From a virus (Duplodnaviria; Caudoviricetes): 39,776 nt of DNA. The translations under genes were made by a program, and so were the position numbers. Positions within the stretch are counted from its first letter, which is position 1. Each line of letters opens with the position of its first letter. The notes under the pieces were generated by a model. It saw only the letters and a program-made list of their open reading frames with translations. It was not told where the DNA came from and did not search any database. Location of the stretch: the IMG/VR virus record IMGVR_UViG_3300010214_000040, positions 1-39,776 of that record, one strand, 5' to 3'. Shown here one piece after another: positions 7,555-17,352 of the stretch.

Positions 7555-10452
7555 TTATCCATTCCTCGCTTCGGCAACGCTGATCTGGCGCGCGACATCG
7601 CGGCCAAACTGCACTGCCGTTTCACGGCGAGCGCCTGCAGGCAAGGGAACAGTCACATAGAAATTTCGGGAGCCTGCAACCGCCGGCGAGGACGAGGCAC
7701 CGCCACCACCACCCACATAGCCACCGCCTGCATAGCCGTTGAGGCGGCCCAGAAAGTCCAGGCCCAAGGCCCGCGTGCTGGCCGCGTTGATCACGTATTC
7801 ACCACGGTGCACGATGCCAGCAGGCTCATACTTGCCGCCGTCGCCGGTATAGCCACCAGTGGCCAACCCCTTCAACGACAGGAAGTTATCCAGACTGTCG
7901 CCGGGCAAAGCACTGGCTGCCGCAGCTACTGTCGACGTACCGCCGAGCATGCCAATGCCAGTGCCAATCAAACCCATCAGGCCGCCACCGCTACCACCCG
8001 ATCCCGCAACCCCCAGTGCGTTGCTGATCTGCTGCTTGATGATGATTCGGGTGATATCGGCAACGATGCTGTTGGCCAAATCGGAGAACGAGAGCTTGCC
8101 TGTGGTGACAAAAGTCACCAGCGCATCTTCCATGCCCTGCAGTGCATTGCTGACTGCGTTGCCGGTCAGATCCGCAACATTGGCGGCCGAATCGGCGTAA
8201 TCTTTCAAGGCCTGCTTTGCCCCCAAGGCCCAGTTGCCCTGGGCCTCTGTCATCGCGACAAACGTGCCTCGGTACTTGGCCAAGGCTTTACCTTGGAATT
8301 CGTCAATCAGACCAAGCTGATCCTGAAAGAATTGGACTTGCTTGGGCGTGAGTTGACCGCCTGCCGCAGCCACAAGCTCATTGCGCTGACGCGCCAGGTC
8401 GTAGCGGCGCGCATCATAGGCATCACGGATCTGGTCCATGCCCGCCGCGTAGGTACGCTCGCGGCTGCTCATGCCCACCGCAGCGACCTCTCGATCCATG
8501 GTACGGCCCATGGTCTCCAGGTATTGCTCTGCCTCCTGGCGTGCCAGCTCCAGCGCCTTTTGCTGCTGGGCAAATGGCTGCTGGGACAACAAGACGGCCT
8601 GCGCTCGCACCAGCCGCTCCATGCTTTCGGCAGAGCCGTCAAAGGCGGCCGACAGCAGACCCCACTTTTTGGAGAAGTCCGGCAGCAAGTCATCCATCTG
8701 CCCCAGCAGCTCGTCGCCCAACTCTTTTCCCTTCCGGGCACGGATCTTCTTTTCGACCTCTTCCAGCGCTCCGAGCTCCGCCCGCACCGATGCCAGGCTT
8801 GATGCCGACAACTTGAGCTTGCCCTGCAGCATGTCCTGATCCAGCTTGATGCGGATCTTCTGGCTGTCGGTCAGCTTCTGGTCACCTTCCAGCTCGCGAG
8901 AAAGCTCCTCGGCTTTGGTGCGAATGCTGGTGACCAGGTTGTCATACGCCGTTTTCTCGGCCTTGATAGCTTGCGCACCGGCTTTGCTACCCTTCTCAGC
9001 TTTGAAATTGGCATCAGCCAGCTTGCCAACCAACCCCTGATATTCAGCAAGCGACAGGTTGCCCGACTGATACTGGGCGAACAGTTTGTTCAGCGTGGGC
9101 AGGTAATCCTTATCCACCCCATAGAGCTTCTGGCGGATCTCGGTAAGTTCCTTTTCTTCTTTGCCTCGCCGCATCTGCGCGGCCTCAACCGTTTCGGGAT
9201 TGACACTGCCGCGACCACCGCCAGCGCCTTTCGACGAAGGGCTGAGCATCGTGAGCTGGGCCTGCAATGTTGCGATCTGGCTTTTGCGATCCTCGATCGT
9301 GCGCTTGATGTTCTCGGCGCCTGCGGTACGCCCACCGGCCTCTGCCCGCTGCAGCGCAGCCTCGGAGCGCTCGTTCTCGCCCCGCAGGCGCTCGATGGCA
9401 CCCTCTATGCCGCTGGCCGTTTTGGCGTAGGCATTCGCGAGAGCCAGGCCTCCGCCTACGGCCGCACCGATGCCGAGCAATGCCAGCACGGCCGGATTAG
9501 CAGCCAGAGCCACACCCAGAGCTGTGATTGCCCCGGTCACCACGCCCAAGCCCTTGACCAGCAAGGCAATACCACCCACTACCGCCGCGCCTGCCAGCGT
9601 GTTGCCCAGCACCGCAAATGTTGTCTCGTTGTTGCGAATGACATCGCCCAAGGTCTCCACCCCGGATGACAAACCACTGATCGCCGAAGCCAGATTGCTT
9701 GTGACGCCTGTCGCCTTGTCAAAGTCGCCAACGGTCCGCATCGTGGCATTGGACAACTGGGTCCAGGCCTGGCCAACGGTCAAAACAGAGTTCTTGACCT
9801 CGCCAGCCAAGACTGCGGACTGAGCCTCCAAGGCCTTGATCACTTTGTCCGCAGTGATCTCGCCTTGCTCGCCCATCTTCCGCAGCTCGCCACGACTGAC
9901 GCCCAGACCATCGGCCAGGGCTTGCGCCAGGCGCGGGGTTTGCTCCATCACAGAGTTCAGCTCTTCACCGCGCAGCGTGCCGCTGGCCAGGCCCTGGCCC
10001 AGCTGAATCAATGCGGCCTGAGCAGCTTGAGAGCTGACACCACTGATGGTGACTGCGTTGCCAATGGCCTCGGTAACTTTGAGCAAGGTGCTCTGCCCAA
10101 TGCCAAGATCCTTGGCGGCGCTGCTGATGGTGGCAAAGGTGCCACCCAGCTCGGTGAAGCTGACGCGAGAGCGCTGGGCAATCTGGAACAGCTCGTCATA
10201 GGCATGAGAGGCTGCCTGCGCGCTGCCCGTGGCAAGCTTGAGCTTGTTGTGCAGGCTGGTGACGGCATCAGCCACACGGATGAACTCAGTGAAGCTGACC
10301 ATGCCCGCAAAGGCGGCCACCATGGACCCGACCGCGCGCCCAGCCAAACCCGCCGCATCACCGATAGTGCCCATGTCATTGCTGACACGGCGCAGGCCCG
10401 CGCTGACCTCCCGGTCACCGTTCAGGCTCAATTGCAGGCCGATGGGCGTCAT
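7555..10452 (-). CDS. Tail tape measure protein
   Basis: 965 aa and Ala/Gly-rich, with QLGQGLASGTLRGEELNSVMEQ and a lambda-type C-terminal GGYTGDGGKYEPAGIVHRGEYV. Confidence 0.95.
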   Translation of the reverse strand: MTPIGLQLSLNGDREVSAGLRRVSNDMGTIGDAAGLAGRAVGSMVAAFAGMVSFTEFIRVADAVTSLHNKLKLATGSAQAASHAYDELFQIAQRSRVSFTELGGTFATISSAAKDLGIGQSTLLKVTEAIGNAVTISGVSSQAAQAALIQLGQGLASGTLRGEELNSVMEQTPRLAQALADGLGVSRGELRKMGEQGEITADKVIKALEAQSAVLAGEVKNSVLTVGQAWTQLSNATMRTVGDFDKATGVTSNLASAISGLSSGVETLGDVIRNNETTFAVLGNTLAGAAVVGGIALLVKGLGVVTGAITALGVALAANPAVLALLGIGAAVGGGLALANAYAKTASGIEGAIERLRGENERSEAALQRAEAGGRTAGAENIKRTIEDRKSQIATLQAQLTMLSPSSKGAGGGRGSVNPETVEAAQMRRGKEEKELTEIRQKLYGVDKDYLPTLNKLFAQYQSGNLSLAEYQGLVGKLADANFKAEKGSKAGAQAIKAEKTAYDNLVTSIRTKAEELSRELEGDQKLTDSQKIRIKLDQDMLQGKLKLSASSLASVRAELGALEEVEKKIRARKGKELGDELLGQMDDLLPDFSKKWGLLSAAFDGSAESMERLVRAQAVLLSQQPFAQQQKALELARQEAEQYLETMGRTMDREVAAVGMSSRERTYAAGMDQIRDAYDARRYDLARQRNELVAAAGGQLTPKQVQFFQDQLGLIDEFQGKALAKYRGTFVAMTEAQGNWALGAKQALKDYADSAANVADLTGNAVSNALQGMEDALVTFVTTGKLSFSDLANSIVADITRIIIKQQISNALGVAGSGGSGGGLMGLIGTGIGMLGGTSTVAAAASALPGDSLDNFLSLKGLATGGYTGDGGKYEPAGIVHRGEYVINAASTRALGLDFLGRLNGYAGGGYVGGGGGASSSPAVAGSRNFYVTVPLPAGARRETAVQFGRDVARQISVAEARNG

Positions 10453-10467
10453 GCAGTGGTCACTCCC

Positions 10468-10852
10468 TTACTTGTTTTCAACGGACTGGCGTTTGTCACG
10501 AATGGCAGCCCAGGCATTGAGGGCTTCCAGCTCACAGGCAACCAGGCAAGCCCATAGCTCCCTGCGCTCTTCGCCAGGCGGCAAACCCGCCTCATCCAGG
10601 TAGGCACGCACGCCGGCGTAATCGAGGCCAGTCGCCCCACCCATACCACCCACCCGCCACTGGGTTTGCAGGGCTTGCCAATGCAACCAAACGGGCTCGT
10701 ACTCCGGCCAGACGTAGATGAACTCATCAACATCGACAGCACGCAGCTTCGCCAGCATGCGAGCCATGGGTCCGTTCGCAGGGAGCTGGTTGGCGTTTGC
10801 ATTGGCATGTGCGTACTCGATGGCCCGGCGTACGGCCCGCGTTAGTTTTTTT
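10468..10852 (-). CDS. Tail assembly chaperone, frameshifted part (gpT-like, DUF1799-like)
   Basis: QTQWRVGGMGGATGLDYAGV motif. Open in the -1 frame from the slippery site at the end of the upstream chaperone. Confidence 0.8.
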
Positions 10853-11174
10853 CCTTGGCGCCGACTTCGGCCAGGTAAGCGCGTGTAGCGAGCAAGGCCA
10901 TCCCGGGCATGGAGCACATCGTCCTCAGCCCCTCCAGCGAGAAAGCGACGGGCTGGCCGTCTTCGCCCTTGACGTCAGACCAGCCCTGCACAACCTCCTC
11001 CAGAAAGTCGATTGCGGGGCGATCCTGCTCACGCATGACATCACCCACCTCTGCCTGGGTCAGGCGCTTGCAGGTGAGGCCAAAGTCAAAAGCCTGGGGC
11101 TTGCCTGCGGGATCGTTGATGGAGCCCTTGATGCGGATGCCCACCGTGTTGCTGAAAACGAGTTTGAGTGCCAT
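10842..11174 (-). CDS. Tail assembly chaperone (gpG-like)
   Basis: Lies between the tail tube and tape measure genes, has a VQGWSDV motif and ends EKN-stop. Confidence 0.85.
   Translation of the reverse strand: MALKLVFSNTVGIRIKGSINDPAGKPQAFDFGLTCKRLTQAEVGDVMREQDRPAIDFLEEVVQGWSDVKGEDGQPVAFSLEGLRTMCSMPGMALLATRAYLAEVGAKEKN
10845..10851 (-). other. -1 programmed ribosomal frameshift slippery site A AAA AAC
   Basis: The minus strand reads GAA AAA AAC TAA. The -1 frame continues G-K-K-L-T... to 10468. Confidence 0.8.
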
Positions 11175-11280
11175 GTGAAATGCCCGAACGGGCCCGATGA
11201 AGGCATGCGCAGCGGTCCCGCTCGGGCGACACGAGACAGGCCGGCGAACATCGCCAACCCTGCTGCGCACAAAACGATGT

Positions 11281-11943
11281 TTAGATGGCAGGCGGTAGCG
11301 TTGTCGTCTCGCCCTGGCATTGCAGAGTGACCGGCGTCTGCACAGCGCCCTGCGCCTGGCCCGTAGGCGCGCCGGAGGCCGAGGGAATGGCCACAAACAT
11401 GACCTGCGCACCATTGGAGAAGGTGAACACCACAACGCGCTTGGCCTTAGCCTTGGCTGCTTTGCGACACTCCACATAGCCAGGGTCATCCGGGTCCAGC
11501 AGATTGGTGAAAGAGAAAGTCACCGGGTTGTCGGCCACCGGCGCATTCTTGAGCTGGGACACATGGATGGTGGAAGTGCTGGCCGTGACGGGATCACCGC
11601 CAGAAGCAGCCACCTCTTGCACGGAGCGAAACTCGGCATCCAGAGTGACCACATGGGCTTGACCGGACTTGAAGGTGCGGTAAGCCGTGGTGTCTTCGCC
11701 TTCGAGCTTGAAGGTCTTGGCGGCGGTATCCACATCGGCAATGCGGAAGGCACGGTCATTGACGGCGGACATGCCGGTGACATTGCGCAACACGATGATG
11801 TCGCCATCCTCAGGCGCCTGTGCAGGTACACCGCTATAGGTCACAACGCCTTCAGCGGCCTTGCTGATATCCGTGATGACGATGGCCGCAGATGCAGCGG
11901 TTTCCACTGCCACACCCACATCGGTCCAGAAAATTGGCTCCAT
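11281..11943 (-). CDS. Major tail tube protein
   Basis: 220 aa, with an ITDISKA N-terminal motif and DPDDPG. Position upstream of the chaperones. Confidence 0.85.
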   Translation of the reverse strand: MEPIFWTDVGVAVETAASAAIVITDISKAAEGVVTYSGVPAQAPEDGDIIVLRNVTGMSAVNDRAFRIADVDTAAKTFKLEGEDTTAYRTFKSGQAHVVTLDAEFRSVQEVAASGGDPVTASTSTIHVSQLKNAPVADNPVTFSFTNLLDPDDPGYVECRKAAKAKAKRVVVFTFSNGAQVMFVAIPSASGAPTGQAQGAVQTPVTLQCQGETTTLPPAI

Positions 11944-11958
11944 GGTGATACTCCTCTA

Positions 11959-12393
11959 TCAGGTCAGATCTGCGGAATTCGCTGAATGCCGCACGTAAAA
12001 AGTCGCAGTGGCGCAGGCTGTGGATTCACCATCCACATCAAAGTCCCACTCGATGCCCTGCAGGGCAATGCCAGAGGCCAGCTTTCCAAGCGTCTTGTCC
12101 AGCTGCAGGCGCTGCTGCACGGCCTGCAGCACACCGTCCGCCACTTCATCGGCGGTCTGATCTGCCGAGGCACGGCCGTAGCAATCCACCAGGATGGAGG
12201 TCACCCAGGTGCCGACCGGCATGCGCCCAGCCACCTGGTCGACCTGAGCCTGCCCCTGACGGACGACAGCGGCCGTGCGCACGGTGGAAGCCAGCACACG
12301 AGAGCGATTGCGCTCAACAAGGCTTGCCACCGGCGCGGCTTGCTTCAAAGCAGCTTCGACAGCCTTGGATAGGTTCAGAAAGCGGGTACTCAC
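11959..12393 (-). CDS. Tail terminator-like protein
   Basis: Position just before the tail tube gene, size, and LQLDKTLGKL motif. Confidence 0.65.
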   Translation of the reverse strand: MSTRFLNLSKAVEAALKQAAPVASLVERNRSRVLASTVRTAAVVRQGQAQVDQVAGRMPVGTWVTSILVDCYGRASADQTADEVADGVLQAVQQRLQLDKTLGKLASGIALQGIEWDFDVDGESTACATATFYVRHSANSADLT

Positions 12394-12698
12394 AACACAA
12401 CCCCCAGCATCAGGCGCATATCGGTGCCATCGGGGTCAGACTCGGCAATGCGATAGGCCTTGCCATTGATGGAGATGGGTAGGCCCACCGGATTGGCAGG
12501 GCACTTGTCAGCTGGCACCAGAACGGTAGGCTGAGTCGTTGCCATGCCAATGGGCCCCACGCCGCCCGCTGCCGCGTCGTCGTCGAAGATGCCGCCGAAC
12601 TCCTCGCCGCCATCAATCGACACGATGGCGTTGGGCAGCGTGCGAAAGACAGCCTTGCTGACTTGCGACTCCAGGCGGGCAAATGGGGCGATTGACAT
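12390..12698 (-). CDS. Head-tail joining protein (gpFII-like)
   Basis: Beta-rich 102 aa with a C-terminal YRIAESDPDGT. Synteny. Confidence 0.7.
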   Translation of the reverse strand: MSIAPFARLESQVSKAVFRTLPNAIVSIDGGEEFGGIFDDDAAAGGVGPIGMATTQPTVLVPADKCPANPVGLPISINGKAYRIAESDPDGTDMRLMLGVVL

Positions 12699-12710
12699 GC
12701 CAAGCCCCTG

Positions 12711-13055
12711 TCAAGCGGCAGGCGCCGCGTAAGTGCCCAGCTTCATTACCACCGTGGCGGCGCCGTTCGCAGCAGCAGCAATTGCCACCCCCACGCACAG
12801 CTGAGCTGCAGCCGTCTTGTTGACGCACTTGTTGGCGGCATCCCAGAACAGGCGGTCACCCACGGAGACAGCCAGCGCAGCTGTCTTGGCGATATCCACC
12901 ACGCCATCGGTCTTGAACTCGCCTTCTTCATTGGCCGCCACATCGCCAGTCGCCACACCGAACAGTGCTGCACCAGCGAGATAGCCAACACCACTGGCGA
13001 CCGCGACAGCCGGGATGAGGGTCACAATCGAACCCGCTTGAACATAGTTCTTCAT
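12711..13055 (-). CDS. DUF2190-family capsid-associated protein
   Basis: MKNYVQAG start and GVA...VGDRLFWD motifs. Follows the major capsid gene and has an AGGAG RBS. Confidence 0.88.
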   Translation of the reverse strand: MKNYVQAGSIVTLIPAVAVASGVGYLAGAALFGVATGDVAANEEGEFKTDGVVDIAKTAALAVSVGDRLFWDAANKCVNKTAAAQLCVGVAIAAAANGAATVVMKLGTYAAPAA

Positions 13056-13116
13056 AAGAAACTCCTTTGAGCCTTGTTGAGAGATGAGCTGCAGCAGCTG
13101 CTGCAGCGTTGCTTCA

Positions 13117-15228
13117 TCAGGCAGCGCCAGTGGCCTTGCGCAGGCCACGGAAGTCGGTTGCCTTGGCGGCGAAGTCCAGGCGAGCCTTCATGCTCACGCC
13201 GTCGACCTCAAAGCCCATCTCGGACTCGATGACTGGACCCTCGGCACCGTCCAGGTAGCAGTACTCGACCGTATCCACCTGAGCCGAGTTGGCAGCCAGG
13301 TACCAGGCGGAGGCGCTGTTGGCATCGAGCAGAGGCTCGACCACAGGCTCCAGAGCCGTGCGACCGCCGGAGCGGAACTCATTGACCTGGCCAGGCTCGA
13401 CAGGCACGTACTGCGCGCTGGTGTATTGGTAGGCAACCTGCTCCAGGGCGGCGGGCACAATGAGATAGCGAGGCGAGAGGTTGAGCAGCTCGCCCTGCAT
13501 TCCCTTTTGCAGACGCATGTCCTTACGGCCAGCGCCCAGCTTGTCGATGCTGTCCAGCACGCTGCCGGCGCCTGCCAGGTTGCCGTGGGTTGCATGGAAC
13601 AGCGCCACACCGTCGGCCATGTCGGCGTTATCGGTCAGCTGCGAATAGACCAGACGGTTTTCCAGTCGGGCAGCGCTATCGCCAAAGGCGCCGACGAGTC
13701 GATCAAAGCCGCGCAGATCGTCATTGACGATGGCCTGACGAGTCAGAGCCACGATGCGGCCATAGGTGACGACCTTGTAGCTCTCGGCGCCATCCTTCAG
13801 GGTGCCGTAGTTGAACTCGCCATGCTCATTGGTGCGCAGCAGCTCGGGCGCGCCAGACAGCTGCACCACCGAGATTTCCTTGAAGTCAGGCGCATTAGGC
13901 GCACGACGAGCCCAAACACGATAGGTGCTGGCTGCCTGCTCATAGGCAGAACGCAGACGGCGCCCTGCCACGTTGGACAGCAGAGCCGAGAAATCGGAAG
14001 TACCCATGTGGCCGGCAGTGCGCACCTGCAGCATGCGGCTGGCGATCTCCAGCCGAGACATGCCACGGGTATTGCCGCCGTTGCGCTCGATCATTTCGCG
14101 GCCAATCTCGATCAGGCTCATGCCACGGTATTGGCGACCGTTGTCGGTCAAGGCAGACGAAGCATCGACACGATGAAGCAAAGCCTCCTGCAGGCCGGCC
14201 ATGCGGGTTTCATGCTCGTCAGACACGGTCTCGATGCGCACATTGCGATGGCCACCGGCTGCAGAGTCACGGCGGGCCAGCTCTTCCAGCACAGCTGTGC
14301 GAGCCTGCTCGACCGTGTTGCCGCCACGAATCAGGCCTGCAGCCAGGGCAGAAACGCCATGGCGTTGGCACAGATCGGTGATATCGCCAGAGCGCTGCTG
14401 TTCGGCTTGACGGGCCGCTACTGCCGCCTCATCAGCAGCATTGACACTGCGCTGCTGTGTCTGCTCGTTTGCGGGTGCTGCCGATACGGCTGCGCCAGAG
14501 TCCTGAGTCGTACCAGGCATGGTAGTTTCCTTTCGGTTAGGGGAACTTGTGGAGCTGCCAGAAACGGAACGAGTCGCGGCAGCGGGTTGAACTTCTATAA
14601 ATTCGCAGGGGAAGGTGCGGACTTCGCGCTCTGCATCAGCATCCTGAGGAGCGCCACCAGCAGCGCGAATCTGGCTGTCCATGTCGGCAGGAATGGGAAC
14701 CAGGGAGACTTCGTAAGGCTCCCAGTCAACAACGCGGTACTCCCAGACGCCGCCCTCCTGTTCGGGGGCGACCATTTCGACGCGGTGGCGGACATAGCCC
14801 ACCGAGACGTTGCGCACAATGCGATCGGCCACGTCCTGCACGTAGCCCGCCACAGACTCGCGGCGACTGAAGGCCACATCGCAAATGCCTTCGCCGCCGG
14901 TGATTACTGGGTTTTCAACCACGCCGATCTGGTCTTCCAGATCCCAGGAGCGATGGGTGTTGAGCAGCGGTGCACCACGCTGCAAGCGATCCAGACGGAT
15001 GGAGCCCTCTTCTACGACCAAGCGCTCCATGTAGGGGCGGTCGCGGTACCAGTCATAACGGCGAACCGCTGCGCCGGCGGTGAAGACCATCGAGGCGCGA
15101 GCCAAGGGGGAGTTGCCATCACCCTCAGCAGATGTCGCCCGCTGGAAGTTACGCAGCTCCATGGAGCGACCCGCCAGCGGCAGCTCGTCGCGGCGGGTGG
15201 ATTGGGTGTTGGCGTTGGTGTTTGGCAT
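13117..15228 (-). CDS. Prohead protease / major capsid protein fusion
   Basis: N-terminal protease (PLLNTH, NVSVGY, WEPYEVSLVPIPAD) and C-terminal capsid (TSDFS, PDFKE, TYGR...TRQAIVNDDL, YLIVP). The start could be 15237. Confidence 0.92.
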   Translation of the reverse strand: MPNTNANTQSTRRDELPLAGRSMELRNFQRATSAEGDGNSPLARASMVFTAGAAVRRYDWYRDRPYMERLVVEEGSIRLDRLQRGAPLLNTHRSWDLEDQIGVVENPVITGGEGICDVAFSRRESVAGYVQDVADRIVRNVSVGYVRHRVEMVAPEQEGGVWEYRVVDWEPYEVSLVPIPADMDSQIRAAGGAPQDADAEREVRTFPCEFIEVQPAAATRSVSGSSTSSPNRKETTMPGTTQDSGAAVSAAPANEQTQQRSVNAADEAAVAARQAEQQRSGDITDLCQRHGVSALAAGLIRGGNTVEQARTAVLEELARRDSAAGGHRNVRIETVSDEHETRMAGLQEALLHRVDASSALTDNGRQYRGMSLIEIGREMIERNGGNTRGMSRLEIASRMLQVRTAGHMGTSDFSALLSNVAGRRLRSAYEQAASTYRVWARRAPNAPDFKEISVVQLSGAPELLRTNEHGEFNYGTLKDGAESYKVVTYGRIVALTRQAIVNDDLRGFDRLVGAFGDSAARLENRLVYSQLTDNADMADGVALFHATHGNLAGAGSVLDSIDKLGAGRKDMRLQKGMQGELLNLSPRYLIVPAALEQVAYQYTSAQYVPVEPGQVNEFRSGGRTALEPVVEPLLDANSASAWYLAANSAQVDTVEYCYLDGAEGPVIESEMGFEVDGVSMKARLDFAAKATDFRGLRKATGAA

Positions 15229-15251
15229 ACCCGGCACTTTGCGCGCCGGGG

Positions 15252-15278
15252 TGTCTCAAAGCGACCCAGTTTGAGACA
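15252..15278 (-). promoter_or_regulatory. Late-promoter activator site GTCTC-N15-GAGAC upstream of the protease/capsid gene
   Basis: Inverted repeat TGTCTCAAA/TTTGAGACA. A near copy lies at 16997-17027. Confidence 0.6.
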
Positions 15279-15286
15279 ATCTGAAA

Positions 15287-16738
15287 TTAAGGCTGAGCGC
15301 TGTTTGTATCGGCAGCCCCTTTGACCTTCATCATCATCAGCAAGATGTCCAGGACACCGGCTTTCTTCAGGCGATCAATGTCCTCCTTCATCTCTTGCAC
15401 AACCTCCTCTGGGTCGTAGCCCCGCTGACGCAGCTTTTCGCTGAAGGTCGAAAGCCCGCCTGCGATCTCTTTCAGGTCAGACTCCACATCGTCACGCGGG
15501 TTGGTGTACTCCCATTTGGGTGTGGCATAGCGCACGTTGTAGTCAGCCTTTTTCACCAGACCGCCCAGCTCTGCCGCATCAACGAACGCCCTGACCATGG
15601 GAGCAATCAGACAGGGGATGACATGCAGCCATTGTTCCCGCTCCGCCTCGCGCTTGTAGTCAAGGCGACGAATACGGGCGCTGCTGAAATTCACCTGGCT
15701 CACGTCACCGGTCATCATTTCGTAGGTCCAGCCTGCCCCGGCAGCGATGAGGTGGAGCGCCTGGCGGACGTACTCGACATAGCCCGGCACTGCTTTTGGC
15801 TCCACGACAGTCAGCGTCGTGCCCGTGGGCACTTCCATCATCCCGCCACTGGGGAGATCACCCAGCATGCGACCACCCTCCGATACCTTGGTGCCTTGAC
15901 CGTCTGCCAATGCATTGACATCACCGGAGGCCAGAACGCTGAGTCTGGACTCTAGGTTCTTGCGGTTGATCTCAGCATCCTCATACAGCGAGAGGTCACG
16001 CACACGGGAAATTACCGGCGCAATGCGCGGAAAGCCGCGCCCCTGGCCAGGCCGATCTTTCGTGAAGTAGTGAATGATGCTGGTGGCCGGCACGAATCGG
16101 CTGCCACCATTGCGAGTGCGTGGCAGCACCATGTCGCCGGGGTGCTGTTCAAACAGGTAATAACCCATCACCCGCCCGAGCGCGTCGTAGGCCTTGCCTT
16201 GCACCACGTCATAACCGTCGATACGACCATTGCGGCTATCGTCCAGCCAGTCGATTTCGAGCACCTGAAACTGCACAGGGACCGCTATGCCGTCTTCTTT
16301 ACGGCGTGGACGAATACGGATGAGCACCTCACCATCACGCGCAGCAGTCAGGTGAGCCAGATCCTGCAGTCCATAAATGTCGAGCTGGCCATCGGCATCA
16401 GCCTGGGTCCCCCACTCCATCCAGAGCTTGGCGAAGGCCTTTGCCTCGGTGCCCAGCCATTTTGGGATGATGCCGGTGCCAATGATGTTGGCAGTATGGC
16501 TAGACAAGCCGCGAGCGATATAGGGCACGTTCTGAGCGAGCGCGCGTGACCTGGTCCGCAACGTGCGCGCATCAGCAGCATGATCCGCGTTCGCGCTGGC
16601 TCCAGAGCGGCGGGGGCGCCAGCCATCGGACTGATTTGCACCTTCATAGGCGCGCTGCAGCAGTTGGCGCGCACTATGGCGGCGCAGGCCAGATGAGGGG
16701 CTGATGTAGCCCACGATCTTGTCGATGATGTTGGCCAT
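15287..16738 (-). CDS. Portal protein, lambda family
   Basis: AYEGA, LRTRSRAL, RPGQGRG and TGDVSQVNFSSAR motifs. Confidence 0.95.
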   Translation of the reverse strand: MANIIDKIVGYISPSSGLRRHSARQLLQRAYEGANQSDGWRPRRSGASANADHAADARTLRTRSRALAQNVPYIARGLSSHTANIIGTGIIPKWLGTEAKAFAKLWMEWGTQADADGQLDIYGLQDLAHLTAARDGEVLIRIRPRRKEDGIAVPVQFQVLEIDWLDDSRNGRIDGYDVVQGKAYDALGRVMGYYLFEQHPGDMVLPRTRNGGSRFVPATSIIHYFTKDRPGQGRGFPRIAPVISRVRDLSLYEDAEINRKNLESRLSVLASGDVNALADGQGTKVSEGGRMLGDLPSGGMMEVPTGTTLTVVEPKAVPGYVEYVRQALHLIAAGAGWTYEMMTGDVSQVNFSSARIRRLDYKREAEREQWLHVIPCLIAPMVRAFVDAAELGGLVKKADYNVRYATPKWEYTNPRDDVESDLKEIAGGLSTFSEKLRQRGYDPEEVVQEMKEDIDRLKKAGVLDILLMMMKVKGAADTNSAQP

Positions 16739-16950
16739 CAATCACCCCGCAGAGTAGTGAAGCGGAAGCGACGAAAACCACCACGCGGCGCGCCTTCAGG
16801 CCTAACAAGTGCCGCCTGAATACGCGATTCAGCCTGAAACAGCTCCGACATATCGCGGAACTCAACGCGGCGACCGTTGACCATGACGGACTTCTCACCC
16901 GTGGCAATGGCACGCCGCACATTCTCAAGATCGTCTTGCGTATAGGCCAT
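16738..16950 (-). CDS. gpW-like head completion protein
   Basis: 70 aa, AIATGEKSV..NGRRVEFRD. Lies directly before the portal gene. Confidence 0.85.
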   Translation of the reverse strand: MAYTQDDLENVRRAIATGEKSVMVNGRRVEFRDMSELFQAESRIQAALVRPEGAPRGGFRRFRFTTLRGD

Positions 16951-16996
16951 GAGCCTCTCCTAGATGGTTCTGTAACCCACGCAAGCTAATGCGTGG

Positions 16997-17027
16997 ACAG
17001 TCTCATTGCGACCCGGAGCGAGACTGT
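16997..17027 (-). promoter_or_regulatory. Late-promoter activator site GTCTC-N15-GAGAC upstream of gpW/portal
   Basis: Inverted repeat ACAGTCTC/GAGACTGT with the same GCGACCC core as 15252-15278. Confidence 0.6.
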
Positions 17028-17332
17028 TTCACCTGCCCCTCCTGCTTCAGGATGCGATAGACCGATGCGCGGCTGATGCCCAGCCTTCGTGCCACCTCAG
17101 TGGCATTGCGGCCGTTGAACAGTGAGAGAACCTGCCGCGCCTGGTCACGACGTGCTGATGCAGTCCGGGGAGAGATGCGCTGCCGATCCCCCTTAAATTC
17201 GGTGCGAACCGCGTTCTTGAGCTCGGCCAGCTTTGCCGACTGCACGCCATCCGCAAAGCCTGGTATCTCAAGCAGCAGGTAGTCAAAGATCCGGTCCACC
17301 AGGTCGAAATCGTCATCATTGGCTTGACTCAT
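17003..17332 (-). CDS. Mor/C-like transcription activator (C-terminal HTH)
   Basis: EFKG...RD...FNGRNATEVARRLGISRASVYRILK. The start may be 17356. Confidence 0.75.
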   Translation of the reverse strand: MSQANDDDFDLVDRIFDYLLLEIPGFADGVQSAKLAELKNAVRTEFKGDRQRISPRTASARRDQARQVLSLFNGRNATEVARRLGISRASVYRILKQEGQVKQSRSGSQ

Positions 17333-17352
17333 TGTTTTCAGCTTCTCGCGGT

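Noticed and set aside
13084-15324. 746-aa plus-strand ORF
   Set aside because: Antisense shadow of the capsid gene, expected in high-GC DNA, with no motifs.
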